A DNA stretch of 64,000 nucleotides from Thecamonas trahens ATCC 50062 (GCF_000142905.1 NW_013657670.1:211498-275497); one strand, 5' to 3'; positions 35,595-46,764 are shown, counted from the first letter of the stretch. Made by a program: numbers and translations. Notes: generated by a model from the sequence alone, not told the origin.

Positions 35595-37500
35595 ATGCCA
35601 CGAAGGAGAGCGGCGGGCAAGGCTAAGAAGCCCGCCAACCCGCACAACGCGGTCTACGTTCACATCATGCTCGGCCTCGTGGCCGCAGAGAGCAACGACA
35701 ACAGGGCACGCGGCCTGCGCAAGGCGCTGCGGTCTGTCCTGGTCTATCCTCTCCCACTCGCTGCGCCGCATGAGGTCATCCGACTCGAAGGCATCGGCCC
35801 TTACACCCGCGATGCCGTCGTCGATGCGTACAACGCCCTGCTGGCGGCGTACGGACCCGAAGGCCTCCTCGCCGGCGCATGGGACGAGGCTCCTCCGCCT
35901 CCGTCCACGTCTGCGACTCCGGCAGTCGCTCGCAAGCGCAAGCGTGGACCCGGCGCCGGTCCCGAGTCGGCCGGTCCCGAGTCGGCCGGCGGCGCGCCGG
36001 CCAAGCGCAGCAAGCGCGCGTACCGACCGCGCAAAGGCTCGGGCGCGTGGGCGCTTGTCACCGCCCTGCATCGCTGGCAAGTCGACCAGTCGCCGCAGCC
36101 GTGGCGCGGTCCGGTGACCAAGGAGGAGGTCATCAACGTGGCCCAGCCGCTGACCACGTCGCAGTTTGCACCGCCCCAGGGCGACGACGCCAAGGCCGGG
36201 GCCCGCCGTGGTGCATCCATGGGCGGACCGGCGTACTCGTTCACGGCGTGGTCAAACATGGGTAAGCTTGTTGAAAAGGGCCTCGTGACCCGGGCTGGCC
36301 GCCCAGCGCGCTACTCGCTCACCGACGCCGGCATTGAGCTCGGCACACTGCTTGCGTCGGGCCAGCCTGCCCCGCGGCCATCCCAGCCATCGCGAGGCAA
36401 GGAAGAGGAGGTGCGGAAGAGAGTCCGTGCAGCTTCCGCTGCCTCGACCGCGCAGCTGCTCGCGCGTCCGGAATCGGTAGCCTCGAGTGCCCCGAGCTCG
36501 CACGCTGTGCTCTCGCCGCTGACGGCGCGGGCGCGCCGAGCCTCGCGCGCTCGCGCTCCGACTACTACACGTCACATGCGGTAAGCTCGCCAACGTGGGT
36601 GGCTGCGCGAACCTCACCCAGCGCATCTGCTGTCCAGCCGGTTGGCTCCCGCCCAACGAGCGGGGCGGCGAGCGATGGTCGGTACTCTATCAAGCTCATT
36701 GTCGACCGCCGAGAAGTGGTCCAATCCAGGCTTGCGGCGCGCAAGCTGGCCATGCACATGGCCAAAAAGACATTGCGTACGAAGAGCGGACATGTAATGT
36801 CGGAGACTTTGTCTTTATCATTACCGACCGAACGCAGCCCGGGTGCGAGTTTGTGGCCGACTTTATTGTCGAGCGCAAGGTCCTCGCTGATCTCGTCGGC
36901 TCGATCCGCAGCGGGCGGTACCGGGCGCAGCTAGCGCGGCTCGTGCAGAGCGGTGTCTCCAAGATATTCTTCCTCGTCGAGGGCAATTTCCTGGCCAAGA
37001 CTCCAATTGCTCACGGACCCGAGGCATCAACGCTGGCGTCGATGGCTACAGCCGTCCACCACATCAAGGCCAATGGCGGCAACGTCCACACCTCGACGTC
37101 AACGGCCGACTCGGCAAGCTGGCTTGAGGCTGTTTATATGTCGCTGACCAAGGCGGTCATCGACGGCGGCCTCGATGCCGTCGCAGCCCGCCATCCCAAT
37201 GGCAGTGGCGCCCTGCTTACCTTTGACGAGCTGCAGATCATCGGCGCCGTCGGCTACTCAGAGTCGGTCCGCTCCAACTTTGGCAAGATGCTCATGACTG
37301 TCTCGGGCATGTCGGCCGACAAGGCCGCTGTCGTGCTTGTCAAGTACCGCACATTGGGCGGACTTCGTGCTGCGTATCGCGCCGCCGGTCCCGATGCGGG
37401 TAAGACGCTCCTAGCCGGCGAAAAGGTGCCTGGTGCCCGCAACTCGTTTGGCCGTTCCTTGTCGAACGCGGTCTGGAGGGCGTTCTGGGCCGATGAGTGA
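35595..37500 (+). CDS. MUS81: Crossover junction endonuclease MUS81, split over three frames (possible 41-nt intron 36581-36621; one-base deficit at A5 36764-36768)
   Basis: N-terminal HhH (KALRSVLVYPLPL..LEGIGP), winged helix (YRPRKGSGAWALV..TAWSNM..LVEKGLV), ERCC4 nuclease (LIVDRRE..VGDFVFI..IVERKVLADLVGSIRSGRY) and C-terminal HhH2 (MLMTVSGMSADKA). Confidence 0.9.
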
Positions 37501-37531
37501 GTGTCAGCTTTAGCCAAATGCCAAACATCAC

Positions 37532-40086
37532 TCAGTCGCTGGTAAACACGCGACGCCACAGATCATCAAAGTCGAGATCGGCCGAGTCGGGCGCAGCCGA
37601 CGGCGGCACCAAGCCCGACCAGGCAGAGGGAGCCAGCAACCGCCACGCGTGGGCTTCGTCCCAGCCGGCATCCGGCTTGCTCCACCTCGCTTCAAAGCTG
37701 CTCGCCAGGAAGGGGAGTGGGGTGGAGGTCATCAAGTGTGGGACGACAAAGCGGAGGCGCTGGGCGCTCACGTTGTCATCGTCGCTCTCTTTGCCGGCGC
37801 TGGCACTTGCTAGAGCATTGATCCATGCGCAGCACGTAGTTGAGGTGCCCGAGCGCGCAAGCAAAACAATAGCATAGCCAAGCCGGTCTGCAGTAGAGTT
37901 ACAAACGGGCCGCGTGCTGGCATCAGCGGCCGTCAGCGCCCTCGCTTCGGAAAAGAGTCCGCCAGCGTGACAAGCGTCGCGTCGACGCCGCGGGCAACGA
38001 GCTCTGCTGCCAGGACCGGTGCGGAGATCCAGGCCTTGAGCGCAGCCCAGAGCTCGCCATGAATCTGAGGTCCGTCAGAGCTGCTGCCGCCAGCTGGAGA
38101 AAAGCTGGGGGTGGCAAGCGTTGCAGCGGCGATTTGACGAGTAAACGCGGCGGTGGTGGTGGCAGCAGCAGCATCGGCCACAAGCGAGCGGGCCGAGCGA
38201 GCCGACTCGGTGGCAAGCGCGGCGCAGAGCGAGGCAGAGAGTCCAGACGCCACCCAGACGCGATCGATCCAAATCGAGTTGAGCTCGGCAGTGGCGAGCC
38301 AGTGCGAGACGCGCGCGACATGGGCCTCGCCACCCTCAGCAGAGAGCAGCGCGTGGGTAAGCGGCTCCACAGCTGGTACAGCCCACAAGGAATCCATCAC
38401 GCGTTCGGGCAGCTTCGAATGTGCACGCACGGCAGCCGCTAGCGGTAGTGCAATGACGTTGCGAGCACTGGGTCGCGAGCATGTCTCTAGGGCAGCAAGA
38501 AGCGGTACAATCCACGAACTCTCGTCCTGTACGACATCACTGGGCGGCAGTGCACAAACGACGTTGCCGAGGGCTTGCGAGACAACCTGAGCGGCAAAAG
38601 ATGTCGGGGCCGAAATGGCGTGGGCGAGTGAGCGCGCGAGAACTGTGAGGGCCTCAGGTCCGGAGCCGCAGAGGCACCTGGTCCGGACCGAGGTGGCGAG
38701 CTCGGAGAGGACCGAGGCATCGTAAGCGAGGCGCAGTTCTGCGAGCGAGACCAGGCCGTGGCGCGGCAGGCCGTCGAGCCTACTCGAGTCGCCGAGCCGG
38801 CCAACAAGTGTGTCGAGCCATGGCTGAAGAGAAGCAGCTGATTGGGCCAGGGCGTCCGCGGTTGGCAGGACGGAGCGCCAGGCGCGCAGCCAGGAGGCTT
38901 TGGGGTCGAGCAGCGCGAGGAGGTCATCGCCACGGACGTCTGCGTCGGGGTTCGACGAGCGCAAGAGGAACACAAAGCTCGCCAGAACTTGCTCCAGCTC
39001 GGAAGCCAGTGGCATGTGGCCCGGCAGCGCGTCCGGCATTGTGACCGCAAGCTGGAGGACGAGGTGGACGCAAGCGAGGAGAAAGAGCAGCGGCAGTGAG
39101 GGGGCTTGCTGCGGCGAGTCGAGGCCACGGCGGGCATGGCGGACGAGGGTGGCGGCAAGATCGGAGAGCAAAATGGGCTCATGATGCGAGCGCAGAACCC
39201 GAGCGGCGGCCTTGGCCACGCCTTCAAACAGCGAGCTCCGCTGGCTCCGCTCGGCGCCGGGCCACAACCGAGCCACGAGGCCGAGGCCGCGATGTGCGTA
39301 GGCGAGATCGGCTGAAGCGAGGACAGCGTCGAGCGCGCTGATCAGATTGGGCCAGCACGGGGCCGCAAGCAAGTCATTGGGTGCAAACGACTCGAGCTTG
39401 GAGAGGGCGGCGAGATGGCGCTCGCCAGGGAGCGATCCGGGGTGATCAGCAAGCGCGGCAAGGAGCGCAGTGAGCGGCTCGAGCTCGTCGTAGGGCATGA
39501 GCGGACCGAGCGAGAAGCACGAGGCCATAGAGCGAGCTGAGGTAAAGTCGGACGAGGCATCCGACTCGGAGGCGAGCGAGGGAGAGGCCGACGAGCCGCG
39601 GCGAGCCGGGAGGACCAGACCGGTGCCCGGCGGGTGAGGCGAGGCGCGACCACCGGCCGCAGCCAGCTCGAAGCGGACGCGGGCAACGGCAGCGGCAGTG
39701 TCTGCGGCAGCGGCAGCGGCGAGGGCGGCGACGGTCTCTGACTCGGCAAAGCGGCGGGCTAGTATGGCTGTGGCGTCAGCGTCGACCGACGGATCGCCGC
39801 CCGGCTCGCCAGCAGCTGCGAGGTGCGGCAGCGCATCGAGGAGCGCAGCCTCGACAAGCGGACCAAGCGATGCATCCAGACGGGCGCGAAGGACTCTGGT
39901 GATCGAGAGGGCGTGGAACTGGGGATCTGTAGTCGGGAGCGCAGCGACGGCGGAGTCGAGGTCGATTGGCGCCGAGCTGCCAGCAGGCATATGCGCCTGC
40001 GCGGCCCACACCGCCGCCTCGGCAGCCGAGCGGACATGGTGGCGGGTGATAGCCATGCCACGGGCCTCGCGGCCGTGGTCGTTCAT
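37532..40086 (-). CDS. TBC1D32: Broad-minded (BROMI domain) ciliary protein, with a one-base frameshift at about 37951-37954
   Basis: LPTTDPQFHALSITRVLRARLDASLGPLVE, ALSKLESFAPNDLLAAPCWPNL, LALLDPKASWLRAW and, after the shift, DRLGYAIVL all match BROMI blocks as recalled from the human protein. Confidence 0.7.
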
Positions 40087-40430
40087 GGCGTAGCAGTGAG
40101 AAGCAACGAGCCTGAAGAGACTGGAGGAGTGGAGTGTTGCACTAGCACAAGCATTTGCTGGTTTGGGAGGGGGGGGAGGGGGGGCGGTGAGTGACATGTA
40201 GTGCACCATTCGCACTGAACACCACCGCACCGTGGATTCCGGGCCTTGTCAGCTCAGGGTGGGCGCCGCAAGGGTCACGGCAGGCGGCTGCATGTATTAC
40301 ACATTTAGGAGGAGAAGCAACATGGTTTTGCAGGGCGCGAGGAAACAGGGGGCTCAGCGAGCATGCACGCTGCTGGGCATGCACGTGAAAATCAGTCTGG
40401 GTAGCCTCGAGCCAAGGTCGGAGGACGAGG

Positions 40431-41503
40431 TCACTGCGATGGGCCAGCAGCAGCCGGGGCAGACAACGAGGCTGTGGTGCAGTCAAGGCCAGGGAGCGGG
40501 GAGGAGTCTTTGAGCTCTGCGCGTGGAACTCGCGAGTTGGGATGGAGAAGGCTGCTAGCGGCGGCGTAGACCCAAAGGGCCTGCGAAACGGCATTGGCCG
40601 TCCAAAACGTCTTTCCCCGTCTGCAGCCTTGGCGCCTGCAGCGACGCGGGCGGCCTCCAACACGCGGGCCTTGGTGCGAACTCGTTTGACAAAAGCGAGA
40701 TAGTACTTGGTGGTGAACTTGATCGGGCCGAGCGGCGGTGATGTGATGGCCTTGGCCATGGGCGAGTCCAAAAACGGGACCAGGTCCGGAGCGTAGACGG
40801 AGAGCACAGCCGAGGCTGATGCTGGGCCGATGCCAGACAAGGCCGCCACCGAGTTGATGGCTTGCTTGATGGCAGCAAGCGTCGAGTCGTCATCGGCACA
40901 AGAGTATTCGTACTCGTAGAGGACTTTCTTGGACGAGTCGGCGACGCGCTTAAGGGCAAAGCAGCCCTTAACGGTGGCATCCAGGACAGCGAGCTCATCG
41001 TTGGAGAGGGTGAGAGCCTTGTTGCGCGGGCGCCACGTCCCGCGCATCATCTTCCATGTCACAATGTGGCCAAGCTCTTCGCGAGAAAACCACGGCTGCG
41101 GCTCGCGCATGGCGATCCTGCGTGGAAGAACGTTGGCCATCCAGGCGTCGAGTTCGACAAGTCGCGGCGAGTCGACACGTGCCGCCAGGTGCAACGGGTA
41201 CGCCGCAAGGTATGCGGCCCAGACTGACTCGTCGTCGCAGGTCCACAAATCGATGTCTGTGGGTAGGCAGCCTGCCGCCAAGGCCACGCCGAGCTCGCCA
41301 GCATCCTTGATTGGGGCAGGGCCGCTGGTGCTACCTCCAGAAAGCTGTCCGCGTGGAGAGCCTCCACTGACGTCCAGAGGCGCGCGCAATCCGCGCAGTA
41401 TCTTTGATGGGCGGCTCTGTGGAGAGCCCGAGTGCGAGTCTGCGCTAGAGGGTGAGCTTGCAACCTCGCCCTTGCCTTCTCCGTCGACCGGTCTCTTGCG
41501 CAT
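40431..41503 (-). CDS. Conserved uncharacterised HhH/DNA-glycosylase-fold-like protein, with a one-base frameshift at about 40612-40618
   Basis: LVELDAW..LP, EELGHIVTWKMMRGTWRPRN, LSGIGPASASAVL, VPF. The family-like terminal motif WTANAVSQALW lies in the -1 frame, which ends at TGA 40433-40431. Confidence 0.75.
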
Positions 41504-41952
41504 GGCCGTAGTGAGTACCGCGGGGGGGGGAGTACCCGAGAGAAGTGAGTCAGACTTTTGCCTATCACAGCCAATCAAAACCAATCAGTGTCCACTGTCC
41601 AGGAATCACCTGGGAATCACGCCCCGGTCACCCACCTAGCACGCATGCTCTGGCAGAGGTCATGCCCAAGGCCCGAGCCAGGCATTGGCTCCGGCTAGGG
41701 TCAGTCGCCGCCATACCCGCTGCAAACAACCGGAGAGCACGCATGCAGCCGAGCCGCTTGCATCCTGGGTGGAGGTGTCAAGACACTGGGGCAGACTTGG
41801 TTGTCGGAGGAGGGGGAGCGGGGGGGGCGGCTGCCGCACAATTTGCGCCGCCGCCGGGCTTTCCCGTCAGCGCGGCCGCCAGCGCCCCTGCTCACGCACA
41901 CGCGACTCGTCCCTGCACAGCGGGCTCCCCCTCGGCCAAGCGTTCTGCAGAG

Positions 41953-44319
41953 ATGAAGCGCTTGGTAGTGAGAGGCGCAGACGTGGCGTTCGTTGTGGCA
42001 CTGCTGATGGCAGCGGGTGCGGTATGGCCTTGTGCACACGGAGTGCGCGCCCGGCTCCACGAGCGCCGCGGTGTGGCGCGGTGCCCAGAGGCGGGCGAAG
42101 GCGGGTACGAAGCGCTGATGGCAGCCGGACTGAGGCACGCACAGAGCAATGCAGCGCTGGCCAAAGCGTTGGCCTGCTTTGACGCGGCAGCCGCAAGCTC
42201 ACCTCGGTCGCCCGAGCCGCTACGCGAGGCTGGGCTAGTTGCGGCACGGGCGGGTCGACGAGTCGAGGCACTCACGGCGCTACGCAAGGCGGCCGCGCTA
42301 GCCGACGGCAGCGGGTATGCGCATCGGGTGTACGCCGCACTCTATGACGTGCATGCAGGTTCCAATGCGTGGGATAAGGCAGCGGCAGCGATCTCCAAGG
42401 CTGTTGACCTGGCGCCGTCGTGCGTGTACTATCAGGCGCTAGCGCAGGCGCGGCTCTCGAGCGGGGACGTGCTTGGGGCGTGGAGAGCACTGGTGAATGC
42501 ACGGGCGGCGCCCGATGTAGAGAGGCTTGATGCTGCGCAGTTGGTTGCGCTCGAAACCAACATCGGACGATTGTCGTCGCCGGCAGCAGTAGCAGCAGCT
42601 GCAGGCGACGAGCCGGACTCGGAGGCCATCCGCAGCCGCGGGCTCGACGCGTTTGCAGCGGCCGTGGCCGGCTCGGCCAAGGCCGGCCTCTCTTCGTCGG
42701 CCGAGCTCCACTACCGGTACGGGACGGCACTGACCGAGGCCATGGCCCGGCGACGGTGGTCGACGCTTGCCGGCAGCGCCGACGACCAGTTTGACTATGT
42801 GGACGAGGCGCTGGCGCAGTTTGACAGAGCGGCGGAAATCGAACCGAACCACCATCACGCCCGGGTCTCGGCCTTTCACTCGGCCAACTACAACTGCGTG
42901 TTTGACAAGCGTGCCGAGAGCCACCGGTATGTGGAGGCGCTGATGGAGTCGCAGCTCGCGGCAGGCGCCGATCTAACTATTACGCCCGAAATGGCGCTCC
43001 TCGCCTTTGACGGGCCGCTCCTTGCCTCGGTCAACGCACGACTTGCGACCGAGGCCGAGCGAGACCACGTGAATGCGGCGGTCAAAGCCGAACTCATGGC
43101 AGGCTGGCCGAAGGAGCCGGCCAGCGATGGGAGGATTGTGCTCGGCATCCTCAACACTTGGGGCCCGAACGCAATCATGTCCAAGGTCATGGACTGTATG
43201 GTGAGCGTGCTTGACCGAACCAAGTACCGCATTGTGCTTTTTGATCTCGGCGCAGTTCGCGGCTATCTCGAGTCATGGCCTGTCGACGAGGTGGTGTACA
43301 TGGGCGCGGCAGATGGTGTGACCGGGGCGCGGGCAATCGCGTCGCGCAACGTCCACATTCTGCTAGACTGCTCGAGCATGAAAGAGCTGCGCGGTTTTTA
43401 CTACACGCTCCACCGGCCGGCGCCGATTGCCATCAGCTGGCTCGGCTGGCCGACCACCTCCGGCACTTCCGCCGTCGACTACATTGCCGGCGACCCGGTG
43501 GTGCTCCCCAAGTCACCAGGCGACGCCTCGCGCGGCGCGTTTGCCGAATCGTTCCTTGTCCTTCCCTCGTACTTTGTCTCGTGCCATCGGGCCAAGTCTG
43601 CGGCGCTCCTTCCGCATCTTTCCCTCGCCAAAAGCGAGCGCAGCGGCGAGCGCAGCGCGCTCCGTGCCGAAATCGGGCTGCCGCCAGCAGGCAGCGGCTT
43701 TGTCTTTGCCAACTTTAACCAGCTGTACAAAGTTACGCCGGCGCTTCTCGATGCATGGATTGACGTCCTAGACGCTGTGCCAAGTGCCGTCCTCTGGCTA
43801 CTGCGGCATCCGTTACCGGGCGAGCGGCGGATACGAAAGTACCTCGAGTCGCGCGGCATCAGCCGCGAGCGGGTAGTCTTTACCCACACCACCCAGCCAG
43901 AGGTCTTTATCCGGCGCGCTTCCGCCGCAGACCTCTTTCTCGACAACTTTATCTACACCGGCGGCGCAACAACACTCGACACGCTCTTTGCTGGCGTTCC
44001 AGTCCTCACCCTTCCGGGAAACCGGATTGTGGCGCGGATGTCGGCCTCAATTCTGACTGCCATGGAACTCGATGACGAGCTGGTTGCTTCGTCGGTGGAC
44101 GAGTATGTGGCGCGAGCAGTTCACCTTGCCACCAACGTCGACGAGTACGTGAGAGTGCGCACAAAGGTCGAAGCCGCGCGCGACGCAGACAACTCGCGCG
44201 TCTTTGATGTCTCGACATGGGTGTCCGGCCTTGAGGCCGGCCTCGATGCAGTGTGGAGGGCATGGGAAGGTGAGCAGGCCAAGCCGCAGGTCGTGGATGT
44301 GAGCCAAAGACAAGCGTAG
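41953..44319 (+). CDS. TPR plus glycosyltransferase family 41 (OGT-like) protein with a predicted signal peptide
   Basis: RPAPIAISWLGWPTTSG..VDYIAGD, FVFANFNQLYKVTP, VPSAVLWLLR, DLFLD..YTGGATTLDTLFAGVPVLTLPG..ARMSAS. TPR-like helices upstream. Confidence 0.88.
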   Translation: MKRLVVRGADVAFVVALLMAAGAVWPCAHGVRARLHERRGVARCPEAGEGGYEALMAAGLRHAQSNAALAKALACFDAAAASSPRSPEPLREAGLVAARAGRRVEALTALRKAAALADGSGYAHRVYAALYDVHAGSNAWDKAAAAISKAVDLAPSCVYYQALAQARLSSGDVLGAWRALVNARAAPDVERLDAAQLVALETNIGRLSSPAAVAAAAGDEPDSEAIRSRGLDAFAAAVAGSAKAGLSSSAELHYRYGTALTEAMARRRWSTLAGSADDQFDYVDEALAQFDRAAEIEPNHHHARVSAFHSANYNCVFDKRAESHRYVEALMESQLAAGADLTITPEMALLAFDGPLLASVNARLATEAERDHVNAAVKAELMAGWPKEPASDGRIVLGILNTWGPNAIMSKVMDCMVSVLDRTKYRIVLFDLGAVRGYLESWPVDEVVYMGAADGVTGARAIASRNVHILLDCSSMKELRGFYYTLHRPAPIAISWLGWPTTSGTSAVDYIAGDPVVLPKSPGDASRGAFAESFLVLPSYFVSCHRAKSAALLPHLSLAKSERSGERSALRAEIGLPPAGSGFVFANFNQLYKVTPALLDAWIDVLDAVPSAVLWLLRHPLPGERRIRKYLESRGISRERVVFTHTTQPEVFIRRASAADLFLDNFIYTGGATTLDTLFAGVPVLTLPGNRIVARMSASILTAMELDDELVASSVDEYVARAVHLATNVDEYVRVRTKVEAARDADNSRVFDVSTWVSGLEAGLDAVWRAWEGEQAKPQVVDVSQRQA

Positions 44320-44383
44320 CATACTCCTCTCGCTGCGGAGCTTGCTTGCTAAACACCTTGCACCCGCTCTCGAGCGACGCGTT

Positions 44384-45036
44384 CTACGGTGCCGGTGGCG
44401 CAACCATTGATGGCATGACAGGTGTCTCCTTACGGCCGCGGAGCTTCTTCTTGCGCTTCTTGAACTTGCGCCACGACGAGACGCGGGACTCGCGGTCCTT
44501 CTCCCACTCTTCCTTAAACGCAGCCTCGGCCTTGCGCTTGCGCTTCTTGGCCTCTTCGCGCTCCTTGCGCGCCGCCAGCTCGGCCTCGTGCATCTGCTTG
44601 GCGACGACAGCCTCGGCCTGGGCGTCGGCGATGCGGTTGCAGATCTCAATCTGGAGCGCAGTGTCTACGTCAAACGGCGATGGAGCGCGCCGCTCACGCT
44701 TGGCAGCCTTGAGCTTCTTACGCTGTGTCCGGGTGACGACGGCTGTCGCCTCGGCAACCATCCGCTGGAACTCGGCGTACGCGCCAGACGTCGAGGTGAG
44801 CGTGTCGTACGCTGCCTTGACCGCCTCGAACGCCTCTTGAGCGCGCGCATCGTTTGGGTTTCGGTCTGGATGCACTACCAGCGACAGCCGGCGGTAGCCG
44901 ACTTGAGCTCGTCCTTGGCTGTCGTCGGCGCAATGCCGAGGACCCAGAACGGGTTGAGGTTGCGGAACTTGTGTCCCGGCTGCAGGATCCGGTCTATCGT
45001 CGCCGAGTTGCCCTCCTCGGCTGCTGGGGCTGCCAT
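44384..45036 (-). CDS. DNAJC8: DnaJ subfamily C member 8 (Spf31), with a one-base frameshift at about 44897-44900
   Basis: IDRILQPGHKFRNLNPFWVLGI lies in one frame. YRRLSLVVHPDRN..AQEAFEAVKAAY and EWEKDRESRVSSWRKF lie in the -1 frame. Confidence 0.9.
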
Positions 45037-45284
45037 TCTCGAACCGAGAGGTAGAGTTTGAAAGAGAGAGAGTGTATGGTGCCCTGTAGAGCACGACAAG
45101 CGTGAGGAGAGAGAGTGTGTGCGCGAGACGCGTGTAAGAAGTCCAAGGTCGGAGTCAGAGGGCGGTCTAGAGAGTCTGGCGTTGTTGTGCGATCGCGCGA
45201 CTCATAGGTTTTGTACTGTTCAGTCTTACTGGACAGGAGGCGAGCCAGCGACTCGTTCGGATCGCGAGCCGAACCGCAGACATG

Positions 45285-45445
45285 GAAACTTGTTAAAATT
45301 CAAACAAAAAGTCGTAAATATATTCATTCTATATATTCCATACCGTACTAATACAACAGTTTTGTACATTGTGTTATATATACAAAAAATTATATTATTA
45401 CGCACATAAAAATATAACTGTATAGTTGAGACAGCATTAGTCTAA
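45285..45445. other. AT-rich island
   Basis: Strongly A/T-dominated stretch (for example atatatacaaaaaattatattatta) in an otherwise GC-rich window. Confidence 0.85.
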
Positions 45446-45687
45446 TCAGATGCCGATTTGGGCCTTTTCGCATGTTCCCTCTTGCCGCGCGTGATACATG
45501 TTACTTGCAGGCACATACTACACTAAACTACATAGCGCATAGCCTTGGCTATGGGATGGAGCTATGTACAGTTTGGTGGCTTCTATGTATCGCGAAAAAT
45601 CGTTGAAAATGCAGTCTCTATCCAAACTCCACCACGGCTCTCCTCTGACTTTATCAATGCCGGCAGCCGAGCTTGTGACACCGAGGC

Positions 45688-46656
45688 CTAGCTCCGGCTC
45701 TCGGCCGAGTCCGAGCCATTCTCATAGTCAGGCAATATCGGAAACATGCCGACGCCGTCCGAGTCATCGCTCCTGGTCTCGGAGCCGTCGTCGAGGGCGG
45801 TAGTGTAGCGATCAACATCACGGCCTGGCCCAGTGCGGTAGGGCAGTGGCTCGCGAACAACGCCAGCAATGTCCATGTCATCAAACGGCGAGATGGACGG
45901 CCACTCGGCAGCAAGAGGGAGCTCAGGGTCAAAGGCTTGGAAGAGCAAGCCGCGGATCCAAACCGGCGGCTGGTTCTTGGCAACAACGATCGCAGCAAGT
46001 GTCGGGACAGGCGCCGGCGTGAGCTCGTACTGCGCAGAGAGAACAATGTTCGAGGTGCGCAGCGCCGAGATGCCTTGCGGATGCAGCTCCCACGCGCCGC
46101 CATGCGTCGCCAGCGCCCGCCGGGTGAGGCTCGCAGGCGGATCGATGGGCGGAAAGACCGCCCGCGACGATGCGTACTGCGCATAGCCCGGCGCCACATA
46201 TCGGCGGATGCGAACAGCGTCTGAGATCAGCTCGAGTGTCTGCCCGCGGCCCGCCGTCCACCGGCCGGTCACCACCAGCTGGTCATCGGCCAGCGTCGCC
46301 CCGTCACCGTCCTTGGTCGCGCTCCAGAGCTTGAGCACAAACACGCCAGGCGGGCGGAAGAAGAGCAGGCGGAGCCCAAACCGGGTCCACGCCCTGTCGC
46401 CCGACACAGACTCGCTGTAGTCGCCAAAACACAGCCTCTGCCCGCCAAACACGCTCACAGCGTCGGCGGCAGGCACCGACTTGGTGAGGGCTCGTGCGAG
46501 GCTGTCGACGACACCACCGCCGCCAACTGCGTCCGCCCGCCGCCGGCGGTCACCACCGGCAAAGTCGTTGTTGTCAAAGTGCACCGTCTCGCCCACACCT
46601 TCCTCCGGGGGTGGCTGGTCCTCGGTCCCAAACATGACCGAGAGGAACGAGCCCAT
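45688..46656 (-). CDS. Hypothetical protein with a likely N-myristoylation motif
   Basis: 322-aa ORF starting MGSFLS (G2/S6), with host-like codon usage. No family recognised. Confidence 0.6.
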   Translation of the reverse strand: MGSFLSVMFGTEDQPPPEEGVGETVHFDNNDFAGGDRRRRADAVGGGGVVDSLARALTKSVPAADAVSVFGGQRLCFGDYSESVSGDRAWTRFGLRLLFFRPPGVFVLKLWSATKDGDGATLADDQLVVTGRWTAGRGQTLELISDAVRIRRYVAPGYAQYASSRAVFPPIDPPASLTRRALATHGGAWELHPQGISALRTSNIVLSAQYELTPAPVPTLAAIVVAKNQPPVWIRGLLFQAFDPELPLAAEWPSISPFDDMDIAGVVREPLPYRTGPGRDVDRYTTALDDGSETRSDDSDGVGMFPILPDYENGSDSAESRS

Positions 46657-46764
46657 GCCAGGTGAGTAAGGAAGACGTGTCTGCTCGCCCTCGCGTCAGG
46701 CGGTCAGGTCTGGAGGTTGATTCCGATCCAAGGCTCTCGATCCGACCACTTGGTTGGCTTTACT

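Noticed and set aside
40611-40617. GGGAAAG as a canonical -1 slippery heptamer
   Set aside because: The X XXY YYZ phasing matches the destination frame rather than the incoming frame. The other shift sites also lack correctly phased heptamers.
45119-45409. 96-aa ORF across the AT-rich island
   Set aside because: It has a GTG start, codon usage unlike the host genes, and no motif.
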